A stretch of DNA of 64,000 nucleotides from Candidatus Omnitrophota bacterium (GCA_016179745.1 JACPCP010000016.1:10819-74818), one strand, 5' to 3'. Shown: positions 26,707 through 35,127, counted from the stretch's first letter. Program-made: numbers and translations. Notes: generated by a model from the sequence alone, not told the origin.

Positions 26707-26977
26707 GCTTCCGTCTCCCGCCCCGGCCCAGCCCCTGGACCCGGACACCGACCGGTTCACCCGGCAGGAAATGGCCATTTTGAAGCATCAAATCCGGAAA
26801 AATACCGGAGTGATCGACACTTACATTCGACGGATCGATCTCTTTGTTAATCAGGAGAAATATCCCCAGCGGGAGGCCTTTATTCAAAAGATTCGCCGGC
26901 GAATGTTCCTATTAATGGAAGAAAACGACACCTTCCGCCAGGTCCTTTGCCGTCATCTTGCCCTTTCCCTGGAATGA
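26684..26977 (+). CDS. Hypothetical small helical protein (97 aa, or 68 aa from the ATG at 26771)
   Basis: The ORF ends in a TGA overlapping the glgC ATG. The internal ATG at 26771 has AGGAA upstream. No motif recognised. Confidence 0.35.
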   Translation: MVFHLGFELPSPAPAQPLDPDTDRFTRQEMAILKHQIRKNTGVIDTYIRRIDLFVNQEKYPQREAFIQKIRRRMFLLMEENDTFRQVLCRHLALSLE

Positions 26978-28239
26978 ACCCCGCTGTCACCGTCATCATC
27001 CTGGGAGGCGGACAGGGCAAAAGGCTTTTCCCCCTGACCTTCCACCGTTCCAAGCCGGCGGTCCCGCTCGGCGGCAAATACCGTCTCGTGGACATCCCGA
27101 TTTCGAACTCCATCAATTCAGAGCTCCGGAGAATTTATGTCCTCACCCAGTTTAATTCCACCTCGCTTCACCGCCATATCCACCGGACCTATCCCTACGA
27201 ACCCTTCAATCAAACTTCGGTCGAGCTTTTGGCGGCGGAGCAGACGCTCGAGAACCGGGACTGGTTTCAGGGCACGGCGGACGCCGTCCGAAAACACCTG
27301 TCGCATTACCGCCTGAGCCCGGGCGACCGGGTCCTGATCCTCTCGGGCGACCACATCTACCGGATGGATTACCGGTCGGTGCTTTCGTTTCACGAGGCGA
27401 AGAAGGCGGACCTGACGATTGCCACGGTCCCGATCGAGAAACGGGAAATCAGCCGGTTTGGGATCCTGAAGATCCAGTCAGACGCCCGGATCGTGGAGTT
27501 TAAGGAAAAGCCCGAGGGCCGGGACAATGTTCAAAGCTTTGTCGTTCCCGAAGGGGTGCGGCGGGAATTCAAGTTGGAGGCGGCCCGGGAAACTTACCTG
27601 GCCTCGATGGGGGTCTACGTCTTTAACGCCGAGGTCCTGATCAAGCTTCTCAAAGGAAGCGAGGCCGATTTCGGCCGGGGGGTTATTCCCAAGGCCATTG
27701 GCGAGGTCCGGGTTTATGGCTACGTCTTCGACGGCTACTGGCGGGACATCGGGACCATCCGGAGCTTTTACGAGGCCAGCCTGGAATTGACCGAGGAAAA
27801 CCCTTCCTTTAGTTTCTTTTCGCCCGAGGGCCGGATTTTTACCCGGGCCCGGTTTCTGCCTCCCTCGAGGATCCTTTCGACGGAGCTCAAGCACGTCCTC
27901 CTTTCAGAAGGCTGTATCCTGAGGGGGGCCACGATTGAGAATTCGGTGGTGGGCCTCCGTTCGGTGGTCGGGGAAGGGACCGTCATTCAAAGGAGCGTTT
28001 TGATGGGCGCCGATTTTTATCAATCCGAAGAGACGGGGCGGTCGGCGCCGAAACTGGGGATCGGAAAAAAATGCACGATTCAGGGGGCCATCCTCGATAA
28101 GAATGTCCGCATCGGAAACGGGGTCGTGATCCAAAACCGGAAGAAGATCCAAGAGGCGGACGGGGAAAATTTTTATATCCGGGAGGGGATTGTCATCCTC
28201 CCGAGAGACGCCCGCATTCCGGACGGGACGGAAATCTAA
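26974..28239 (+). CDS. glgC: Glucose-1-phosphate adenylyltransferase
   Basis: VIILGGGQGKRLFPLT, PAVPLGGKYRLVDIPISN, and WFQGTADAV motifs, with a LbH C-terminal domain. Confidence 0.9.
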   Translation: MNPAVTVIILGGGQGKRLFPLTFHRSKPAVPLGGKYRLVDIPISNSINSELRRIYVLTQFNSTSLHRHIHRTYPYEPFNQTSVELLAAEQTLENRDWFQGTADAVRKHLSHYRLSPGDRVLILSGDHIYRMDYRSVLSFHEAKKADLTIATVPIEKREISRFGILKIQSDARIVEFKEKPEGRDNVQSFVVPEGVRREFKLEAARETYLASMGVYVFNAEVLIKLLKGSEADFGRGVIPKAIGEVRVYGYVFDGYWRDIGTIRSFYEASLELTEENPSFSFFSPEGRIFTRARFLPPSRILSTELKHVLLSEGCILRGATIENSVVGLRSVVGEGTVIQRSVLMGADFYQSEETGRSAPKLGIGKKCTIQGAILDKNVRIGNGVVIQNRKKIQEADGENFYIREGIVILPRDARIPDGTEI

Positions 28240-28240
28240 G

Positions 28241-28462
28241 GTGCGGGACGCCGCCTTCCGGTTTTTCTTCGCCTTTGGCGCTCTCACGGTGCTTCTGGCT
28301 TTGGGCGCCGGGGTATTTGTTCTCTTTGGGGGCGGCGGGTTTAAAGCCAATCTCTTCGGCTTTTTGCTTGTTTTTCTGGGGTCCAGTCTGGGCCTGATGC
28401 TGGGAAGCCTGATTTTTATCCGTCAGAAGGAAAATAGAATTTCAAACCAAAGGAGGGATTGA
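28241..28462 (+). CDS. Hypothetical small membrane protein (2 TM)
   Basis: GTG start after the glgC stop. Two hydrophobic helices. The stop overlaps the next ORF. Confidence 0.4.
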   Translation: MRDAAFRFFFAFGALTVLLALGAGVFVLFGGGGFKANLFGFLLVFLGSSLGLMLGSLIFIRQKENRISNQRRD

Positions 28463-28713
28463 TGAAGCTTGGGTTGCTTTTGATTGCGTTGGGGCTGGGT
28501 TACAAAGTCTATGCGGATGCTTCGAAGGAAAAAGGAAACTTGAAGTCGCTCGGTCAATGGGTGGGGGCGGTGATCATGGCCGTTTCTTTGCTCGTGAGCG
28601 CTTTGATGATTTACGGTTATTCCTCGGCCTGCATGGGCGGCGACTGGACTTTCGGAAAAGGGGGCTGTCCCTTCACAAGACAGATGGTGCAGGACTCGGC
28701 CGAGAAGAGGTAA
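28459..28713 (+). CDS. Hypothetical small membrane protein (2 TM, Cys-containing tail)
   Basis: MMKLGLLLIALGLGY... and VGAVIMAVSLLVSALMIY helices. Confidence 0.4.
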   Translation: MMKLGLLLIALGLGYKVYADASKEKGNLKSLGQWVGAVIMAVSLLVSALMIYGYSSACMGGDWTFGKGGCPFTRQMVQDSAEKR

Positions 28714-28743
28714 ATCGAAGGTTTTTTTACTACCTCTTCCAGA

Positions 28744-29643
28744 GTGATGAATCAGAGCCAGCGAACCGGCCCTTCGTCGGTCCGGGTAGGGCTTCTCCAG
28801 ATGAGTCCGGAGCCGTCTCCGGCGAGGAACCTTCAAAAGGCTCTTCAGGGCATTGACGAAGCGGCCCGAAGGGGCGCCAAGATTATCTGCCTCGAAGAGC
28901 TTTTTCTTACCCGTTATTTTCCACAGACGGAGGCGGCCAGACACTTCAAATTGGCCGAACCCATCCCCGGCCCGACGACCCGGGCCCTGGCGGAGGCCGC
29001 TCGAAAACACAAGGTCGTGATCCTCGGTTCGATTTTTGAAAAGCGGGCCGGCGGGATTTATCACAATAGTGCGGTCCTGATCGGTCCCGAGGGAAAACTC
29101 CTCGGGAAGTACCGAAAGATGCACCTTCCGGACGACCCGGGTTTCTATGAAAAATTCTATTTCACGCCCGGCGACCTCGGCTTCCAAAGTTTTTCCACCC
29201 CGCACGGAAGAATCGGGATGCTGGTCTGCTGGGACCAGTGGTTTCCGGAGGCGGCCCGCTTGACCGCCCTTTCCGGCGCCGAAATCCTCTTCTATCCGAG
29301 CGCCATCGGCTGGGCGGCGGGTGAATCCCCGAAGGTTCGGAAGCGCCAGCAATCGGCCTGGGAACTCATCCAAAGAAGCCACGCCGTGGCCAACGGAGTG
29401 TTTGTCTGTGCTGTGAACCGGGTCGGCCGGGAGGGAAAGATCAAATTTTGGGGAAGCTCTTTTGTGGCAGACCCCTTCGGAGGCCTTGTGGCGAAGGCGG
29501 GTCCGGAGCGCGAAGAAATTTTGATCGCCGACTGTGACCTTTCGAAAATCCGTCAAACCCGGGAGGACTGGCCTTTCCTTCGGGACCGCCGGATTGACGC
29601 TTACGGCGCTTTGACCTCCCGGTTTCTGGACCCTCGGACCTGA
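28744..29643 (+). CDS. aguB: N-carbamoylputrescine amidase (carbon-nitrogen hydrolase family)
   Basis: CLEELF (catalytic Glu), YRKMHLPD (Lys) and MLVCWDQWFPE (Cys) triad context. Adjacent to agmatine deiminase. Confidence 0.85.
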   Translation: MMNQSQRTGPSSVRVGLLQMSPEPSPARNLQKALQGIDEAARRGAKIICLEELFLTRYFPQTEAARHFKLAEPIPGPTTRALAEAARKHKVVILGSIFEKRAGGIYHNSAVLIGPEGKLLGKYRKMHLPDDPGFYEKFYFTPGDLGFQSFSTPHGRIGMLVCWDQWFPEAARLTALSGAEILFYPSAIGWAAGESPKVRKRQQSAWELIQRSHAVANGVFVCAVNRVGREGKIKFWGSSFVADPFGGLVAKAGPEREEILIADCDLSKIRQTREDWPFLRDRRIDAYGALTSRFLDPRT

Positions 29644-29652
29644 CCCCCGGCC

Positions 29653-30735
29653 ATGAAACAGACGATCGAAAAATCTTCCCGGGGAAAAGCCCTCCTGCCG
29701 TTTGATCTGGGATTCCGAATGCAGGCTGAATGGGGGCCCCACCGTGCGACGTGGCTGGCGTGGCCCCACAATGAAGAAACCTGGTCCGGGAGATTGCCCC
29801 CCGTTGAGGAAATTTTCCTCCAAATGATCGAGGCCCTGGCCCCGGAAGAAAAAGTCTGTCTTCTTGTAAACGATGCCCCCCTGCGGGACCGGGTGGACTC
29901 ATTACTCCGCCGGCGGGGAATCGGAACCAAAAATGTGACTTATCACCTGGTTCCGACCCAGGACGCCTGGATCCGGGATTATGGACCGAGCTTCCTTATC
30001 AAATCGTCAGCGTCCCGCAAAGAAGCGGCCCTTGTCCGATGGATTTTTAATGCGTGGGGCGGGAAATATCCATCGCTCGCCCGGGACAATCGGGTTTTTG
30101 ATGACCTGGAGCCGGTGCTTGGGATGCCGGTTTACCGTCCCGGAATCGTTTTGGAGGGCGGCTCCCTGGATACGAATGGAAAGGGGACCGGTCTCGTGAC
30201 CGAGCAATGCCTGCTCCATCCGAACCGCAACCCCCAGCTCTCCCGCACTCAAATCGAAAAGGTTCTCCGTGATTTTTTGGGTCTGACTCACCTCCTCTGG
30301 CTGGGGGAAGGCCTGGAAGGGGATGATACCGACGGCCATATTGATGACATTGCCCGTTTTGTCAATCCCGCCACCGTGGTCACGGCTGTGGAAAAGAACG
30401 CTTCTGATCCCAATCAGGCTGTGCTTGAGAAGAATTTAAAGCGCCTGAAAAAAGCAACGGATCAGGACGGAAAAAAGCTGGAGATCGTGACCGTCCCCCT
30501 GCCCGGCCGGGTCTCGGCAGGCGGAAAGCGGCTGCCGGCAAGTTATCTTAATTTTTATATCGCTAACGGTGTCGTCCTGGTCCCCACGTTCGGCCGCCCG
30601 AACGATGCCCTGGCGCTTGAGATTCTCAAAGAGGTTTTTCCAAAACGACGCGTGATCGGGTTCCGCTCCGAGGATTTGGTCCTGGGCCTCGGGGGGATCC
30701 ACTGCGTCACACACGAGGAGCCGCTTGTCCCATGA
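29653..30735 (+). CDS. aguA: Agmatine deiminase
   Basis: RMQAEWGPHRATWLAWPH, WIRDYGP, and GGIHCVTHEEP at the C-terminus (catalytic Cys). Confidence 0.9.
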   Translation: MKQTIEKSSRGKALLPFDLGFRMQAEWGPHRATWLAWPHNEETWSGRLPPVEEIFLQMIEALAPEEKVCLLVNDAPLRDRVDSLLRRRGIGTKNVTYHLVPTQDAWIRDYGPSFLIKSSASRKEAALVRWIFNAWGGKYPSLARDNRVFDDLEPVLGMPVYRPGIVLEGGSLDTNGKGTGLVTEQCLLHPNRNPQLSRTQIEKVLRDFLGLTHLLWLGEGLEGDDTDGHIDDIARFVNPATVVTAVEKNASDPNQAVLEKNLKRLKKATDQDGKKLEIVTVPLPGRVSAGGKRLPASYLNFYIANGVVLVPTFGRPNDALALEILKEVFPKRRVIGFRSEDLVLGLGGIHCVTHEEPLVP

Positions 30736-31205
30736 TCACTTCCTTTTGGCTGTTGAATCTGGCGCAGGGTTTTCTGCTGGCGCTGATTGCCGCCACCGTT
30801 ACGGCAGAACTCAAATCAAGTTCGCTGGTCCCGAAGTCCCTTTTGCTCTGGCCCCTTTTCGTGATTGTTTTTGGGGCCTTGAATCTTTTCGTGGGAGGCC
30901 TGACCGAATCTTTCTTTCGCGGATTTCTCGGAGCCGTTCTGGTCCTTTGCGGGATCCAGGCCGGCCTGGTCAACCTCCGGCGCCTGGCCCCGTGGCCGAG
31001 CGGGGCGGTGTGGCTGGGGCTCGCCCTGGCCGGGGCCGGCTTCCAATTTTATCCGCTCTTTCTCGAACGGGTGATGGGGTTTGTCTGGATGGCGGTGGGC
31101 CTGGACAAAGTCATTCGGGAAAGGAGCGCCTCGCTTGAATCCGGGACGCCCGTCTGGATTTTTCTCCTTTATCTTCAAGCAGTGATTCTGGCCTCGTCCC
31201 GTTAA
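30732..31205 (+). CDS. Hypothetical integral membrane protein (about 5 TM)
   Basis: Hydrophobic throughout. ATGA overlap with aguA. Confidence 0.5.
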   Translation: MITSFWLLNLAQGFLLALIAATVTAELKSSSLVPKSLLLWPLFVIVFGALNLFVGGLTESFFRGFLGAVLVLCGIQAGLVNLRRLAPWPSGAVWLGLALAGAGFQFYPLFLERVMGFVWMAVGLDKVIRERSASLESGTPVWIFLLYLQAVILASSR

Positions 31206-31212
31206 ACCCACC

Positions 31213-32523
31213 GTGTCACCCGGACCGGCCCGGCTGAAACGAAGTCTCGGTCTCTTTGCCCTCGTGGCCTACGGGGTCGGTGATATTTTGGGCGCCGGGA
31301 TTTATGTCCTCATCGGAAAAATGGCCGGGCTCGTCGGGAATGCCTGCTGGCTCTCCTTTTTGATCGCCCTGGTGGTGGCCTCGCTCACGGGCCTTTCCTA
31401 TGCCGAACTCAGCTCCCGTTTCCCCCGTTCCGCCGGGGAATCCTATTATTCCCTGAAGGCCTTCGGCCGGCCGCTCCTTTCCTACCTGGTGGGATTCCTG
31501 GTCCTCATCTCGGGGGTCGTCTCGATGGCGGTGGTCTCGCAGGGGTTTACCGGTTACGTGACGGCGCTCTGCCCCTTTCTTCCCGGACCGGGGGTTATTC
31601 TCTGTTTCTTTCTGGTTCTGACCGTCATCAATTTTTGGGGGATGAGAGAGTCTTCGGTGACTAATATCTTCTGCACGGCCCTGGAAATTTCCGGGATCCT
31701 GATTGTGATCGCAGCGGGGATCGGGGCTTTCGGCCGTGTGAACTATTTGGAAATCAGTCCGCCGGCCGGGATGAAAGTTTCAACGGCCCTTTCCCAGGGC
31801 GCCGTCTTTGCCTTTTATGCCTTCATCGGATTTGAGGACATGGTGAAGGCGGCGGAGGAGAGCCGTGAACCGGAGAAATTGATCCCGCGTGCGATTGTCT
31901 GGTCGATCGCGATCGTTGCCTGCCTTTACGTTCTGACGGCGCTTGCGGCCGTCTCCGTCGTGCCGGCCGGGGAATTGGCAAAATCCCAGGCCCCGCTTGC
32001 GCTGGTCGTGAAAACAGGATTTCCGGGAATTCCCCCCGCCCTTTTTACCCTGATTGCGCTCTTTGCCGTGACGAACACGGCGCTGGTCAATTTTGTGATG
32101 GGTTCACGCTTACTCTACGGGATGGCCCGGGAGGGGCTGGCGCCGGAGGCCTTCGCCCACATCCACCCGAAGCGGAATACGCCGGACCGCGCCATCATTG
32201 CGTTGCTGGCCGTGGCCCTGCCTCTGGCCCTCGCCGGAAGCCTGGCCACGCTGGCCCAGTCCAACAGTCTTATCCTCCTGACGGTTTTCTTTCTTGTGAA
32301 TGTTTCTTTGACGGTGATCAAGCTTCGTCCGGCCGAAGCGATTCCTCCTTTTCAGATCCCGGTCGTGATCCCCATTCTCGGAGCGCTGACCTGTCTTTTC
32401 CTGATTTTTTACATTCAGGCGGAGGCTTTTGTGATCGCTCTGTCGCTCGTAGCGCTTGCCCTTTGTCTTTACCTCTTTGCCCCGAGCCATCGCAAAAACA
32501 AGGCTCGTCAGAATGGGGCTTGA
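31213..32523 (+). CDS. APC-superfamily amino acid/polyamine permease
   Basis: 12-TM profile. GVGDILGAGIYVLIG N-terminal motif and FIGFE motif. Confidence 0.85.
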   Translation: MSPGPARLKRSLGLFALVAYGVGDILGAGIYVLIGKMAGLVGNACWLSFLIALVVASLTGLSYAELSSRFPRSAGESYYSLKAFGRPLLSYLVGFLVLISGVVSMAVVSQGFTGYVTALCPFLPGPGVILCFFLVLTVINFWGMRESSVTNIFCTALEISGILIVIAAGIGAFGRVNYLEISPPAGMKVSTALSQGAVFAFYAFIGFEDMVKAAEESREPEKLIPRAIVWSIAIVACLYVLTALAAVSVVPAGELAKSQAPLALVVKTGFPGIPPALFTLIALFAVTNTALVNFVMGSRLLYGMAREGLAPEAFAHIHPKRNTPDRAIIALLAVALPLALAGSLATLAQSNSLILLTVFFLVNVSLTVIKLRPAEAIPPFQIPVVIPILGALTCLFLIFYIQAEAFVIALSLVALALCLYLFAPSHRKNKARQNGA

Positions 32524-32556
32524 ATCTTGCCCGGCCTTTGATTAGAGTATCCTTCC

Positions 32557-33261
32557 ATGAAGAAAACCCCGGGCCACAAAAAGAATTCTCCAAAGTCTTT
32601 TACGACGATTCTCCTTGTCATTCTGGTCCTGCTGGCGCTCGCCAAGGGTGCCCCGACCGCCCTCGAATTTTTCGTGGTGAAGAGTTTGGAGGGAACAGTG
32701 GGGGCGGCCGTCAAAATCGACCGGATCCAGATCGATTTCCTTCGGTCTCAGTTTTCGCTGAAAGGGGTCCGGGTTTCGAACCCGGCCGGTTTTCCAAAAG
32801 GGGAGATGGCGATCCTGGACCGGGTGAGCGGGCGCTACACGCTCCCCCCCGTTCCCGGAATGGCTCCGGGCGTCAAGAAGCTTGAAGTGGAATTTTTGGA
32901 ATTTCGCCTGCTTAAAAATGAAAAGGGAATTTTAAATTTGCCGGCCCTCAACCCCTTTGCCCGGCCGGGGGCGGCGATCGAAGAGCTTCTCCTGACGCTT
33001 TCTCCGGTGACCTTTACCGATTTGTCGAAGGAGCCGCCTTCTCAGGAGAATTACGACCTCGGCCTGAAGCAATCGGTGTATCGAAACGTAAAAGGGGTTT
33101 GGGGGATCATCGAAATTCTCAACTGGGAAATTTTAAAGCGGACCGGGATTGAAGAAGCGCCCGTGGCCGAGGCGCCGGCTACGCCGACTGACGAATCACA
33201 AGCTGCGGATCAAACTTTACCTGGACCGGCGCTTCCAGCTCTCCCCGAATCAACCCAGTAA
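32557..33261 (+). CDS. Hypothetical membrane-anchored or exported protein with a low-complexity Pro/Ala/Glu tail
   Basis: Signal anchor TTILLVILVLLALAKG. The last ~83 nt overlap a convergent gene. Confidence 0.45.
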   Translation: MKKTPGHKKNSPKSFTTILLVILVLLALAKGAPTALEFFVVKSLEGTVGAAVKIDRIQIDFLRSQFSLKGVRVSNPAGFPKGEMAILDRVSGRYTLPPVPGMAPGVKKLEVEFLEFRLLKNEKGILNLPALNPFARPGAAIEELLLTLSPVTFTDLSKEPPSQENYDLGLKQSVYRNVKGVWGIIEILNWEILKRTGIEEAPVAEAPATPTDESQAADQTLPGPALPALPESTQ

Positions 33262-34030
33262 CCACCCTCACCATCTCCCGCCCCATCTGTTCGAGGGGCT
33301 GACGGACGGTCGTCATCGCCGGATGGGCGTATTTGCCCCGCTCGATTCCGTCGAAACCGATCACCGCCACTTCCTGCGGCACGGAAATCTTCTCCTCCTG
33401 AAACGCCCGTAAGGCGCCGAGTGCGAGATCATCGTTAAAACAAAGCAGGGCCCGGGGCAGCGTGGCGGCGGTCTGGATCATTTCCAGAGTTTTTAAGTAG
33501 CCGTCCTCCTCAAAAAAGTAATCACACTTTTTGAAATGGGCGGGGTCCAGTTCAATTTTTTCATCCCTCAGGATTTCCCGGAAGGTTTGCTCCCGGGCCC
33601 GGGCGTCCAGCGAGGCCTCGTCCGGCCCCTGGAGCATTCCGATCCGCCGGTATCCCCGGTTTAGAAGGTAATGCATGGCGAGCTGTGCCCCCCGGGACGC
33701 ATCGGAATAAACAATGTTGGCCCTGATCCCGGGAAGGTAGTCATTGATCACTACGATCGGAAGCGTTTTGTAGCCCTGCTGGGCCTCCTCGATATATCGC
33801 GGATGAATCCGCCACGTGAGGAGGAGGAGGCCGTCCACGGCGCGCTTCTGCAGGATATTTTCGGAGGTCTCCACCGATTCCTCATCCCGGACCATGATAA
33901 ATTTCAATTCGTAAGGGGTGGTCCGGAGGGCATCGATCACGCCGGAGATGATCCGCATGAAGTATTCGCTCTTGAAGATTTCGGGGGAGAAGGCCGTCAG
34001 GAGACCGATGGTCCCGGTTTTTTCAGACAT
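33179..34030 (-). CDS. LacI-type periplasmic-binding-fold (sugar-binding) protein lacking the HTH domain
   Basis: It begins directly at the core (TIGLLTAFS...) and ends ...KFDPQLVIRQSA. The upstream neighbour gpmA ends 9 nt away, so there is no room for a DNA-binding domain. Confidence 0.7.
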   Translation of the reverse strand: MSEKTGTIGLLTAFSPEIFKSEYFMRIISGVIDALRTTPYELKFIMVRDEESVETSENILQKRAVDGLLLLTWRIHPRYIEEAQQGYKTLPIVVINDYLPGIRANIVYSDASRGAQLAMHYLLNRGYRRIGMLQGPDEASLDARAREQTFREILRDEKIELDPAHFKKCDYFFEEDGYLKTLEMIQTAATLPRALLCFNDDLALGALRAFQEEKISVPQEVAVIGFDGIERGKYAHPAMTTVRQPLEQMGREMVRVVTGLIRGELEAPVQVKFDPQLVIRQSA

Positions 34031-34039
34031 GGCGTTTTG

Positions 34040-34645
34040 CTAAAGGATTTTCTTTGAAAGGATTTTCAGATTTGAATCAAGCTCGTAGATGATGGGGACG
34101 CCCGTCGGAATTTCAACCTTGAGGATTTCCTCGGGCGTCAATTTTTCAAGTTCCATGACGATGGAGCGAAGGCTGTTACCGTGAGCGGAGATCAGGATAT
34201 TTTTTCCGTCCCGGAGGTCCTTCAGAATCAATTCCTTGAAGTAGGGAAGGGTGCGCTGGGCCGTGTCCTTCAAACTTTCTCCCCCCGGCGGCGCCACGTC
34301 ATAACTTCTCCGCCAGAGATGAACCTTTTCCTTCCCGAATTTTTTTGCCGTCTCTTCCTTATTCAAGCCTTGGAGATCCCCGTAGTGGCGCTCATTTAAA
34401 GCCTGATTTTTTGAAATGGGGATTCCGTTCTTTTCTGCGTGAATGAGGGCCAGTTCCAGGGTGTCGATGGCGCGTTTGAGGACGGAGGTATAAGCGCAGT
34501 CGATTTTGAGTCCTTTAATTTTCCGGCCGGCCGACTCCGCTTCCCGAATGCCGCGTTCGGAAAGAGGGACATCCACCCAGCCCGTGAAGCGGTTTTCCAG
34601 GTTCCACTGCGATTCTCCGTGCCGTAGCAGGATGAGTTGGGCCAT
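34040..34645 (-). CDS. gpmA: 2,3-bisphosphoglycerate-dependent phosphoglycerate mutase (short form)
   Basis: LILLRHGESQWN, LNERHYGDLQGLNK and SAHGNSLRS motifs. Confidence 0.9.
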   Translation of the reverse strand: MAQLILLRHGESQWNLENRFTGWVDVPLSERGIREAESAGRKIKGLKIDCAYTSVLKRAIDTLELALIHAEKNGIPISKNQALNERHYGDLQGLNKEETAKKFGKEKVHLWRRSYDVAPPGGESLKDTAQRTLPYFKELILKDLRDGKNILISAHGNSLRSIVMELEKLTPEEILKVEIPTGVPIIYELDSNLKILSKKIL

Positions 34646-34727
34646 AAAAGGTGCTCATTATAAGGTGTGGCAGAAAAGTTGCCAGATAAAATTTAAATTT
34701 AGTATACTCCCAACGTCTTTCCAGCCT

Positions 34728-34798
34728 GCGGCTGTTGCATAGTGGTAATGCCCGAGCCTTCCAAGCTCGAGTCGAGGGTTCGATTCCCTCCAGCCGCT
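34728..34798 (+). tRNA. tRNA-Gly (UCC)
   Basis: 71-nt cloverleaf: GCGGCTG acceptor, anticodon loop CTTCCAA, T-arm GAGGG-TTCGATT-CCCTC. Confidence 0.9.
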
Positions 34799-34815
34799 AA
34801 TTCCTGATCTGGACT

Positions 34816-34934
34816 GGAGGGAATCGAAGGGAGCCCCGCACAATGCGACGTGAAGGAGCATTGGGTCTGCGGGGCGGGGGGCCGACCTGGAGCGAGCGTT
34901 AGCGAGCGAAAGGCGCCGATTCCCTCCAGCCGCT
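34816..34934 (+). repeat. tRNA-3'-end-linked structured repeat, copy B (13-nt antisense T-arm segment, 97-nt core, and an 18-nt copy of the tRNA-Gly 3' end)
   Basis: GGAGGGAATCGAA (34816-34828) is the exact reverse complement of the tRNA's TTCGATTCCCTCC. CGATTCCCTCCAGCCGCT occurs at both 34781-34798 and 34917-34934. Confidence 0.75.
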
Positions 34935-34970
34935 CATTCTTTTTCAGCCGAGCGGGGACTCAAAAAGGGC

Positions 34971-34998
34971 TTGACATCCAAAAAAGCATCTGTAGAAT
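34971..34998 (+). promoter_or_regulatory. Sigma-70-like promoter for tRNA-Thr and tuf (TTGACA, 16 nt, TAGAAT)
   Basis: -35 at 34971-34976 and -10 at 34993-34998, about 130 nt upstream of tRNA-Thr(GGU). Confidence 0.45.
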
Positions 34999-35017
34999 CA
35001 TTCAACTTTTAACAGGA

Positions 35018-35044
35018 GAAGACTGTCCCAGAGGGACTGTCTTC
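35018..35044 (+). promoter_or_regulatory. 12-bp hairpin or palindrome just downstream of the promoter
   Basis: GAAGACTGTCCC-AGA-GGGACTGTCTTC (one T/T mismatch). No U-tract follows, so it may be an operator or a 5' stabilising stem. Confidence 0.3.
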
Positions 35045-35127
35045 CTATCCCTAGTATTTTAAGAGAGGTTGTCTTATTTCATAAAGAGGCCCGGCATCAA
35101 GCGTAACACGAAGTTGCGCTCTGACGG

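Noticed and set aside
34799-34830. Self-cleaving ribozyme or TPP-riboswitch-like strings (CCUGAUCUGGA in spacer B; CGAAA in the core).
   Set aside because: The CUGAUC string is not present in copy A, whose spacer is unrelated. There is no CUGAUGA/GAAA/UH hammerhead geometry and no UGAGA partner helix for a TPP aptamer. I treat this as coincidence.
12581-34934. The 22 kb between the two direct copies of the tRNA-linked repeat, considered as a genomic island or excisable element.
   Set aside because: The interval holds core genes (tilS, ftsH, folP, ruvCAB, cdaA, glgC, gpmA). It has no integrase, transposase or phage genes. Each repeat is explained locally by its own tRNA.
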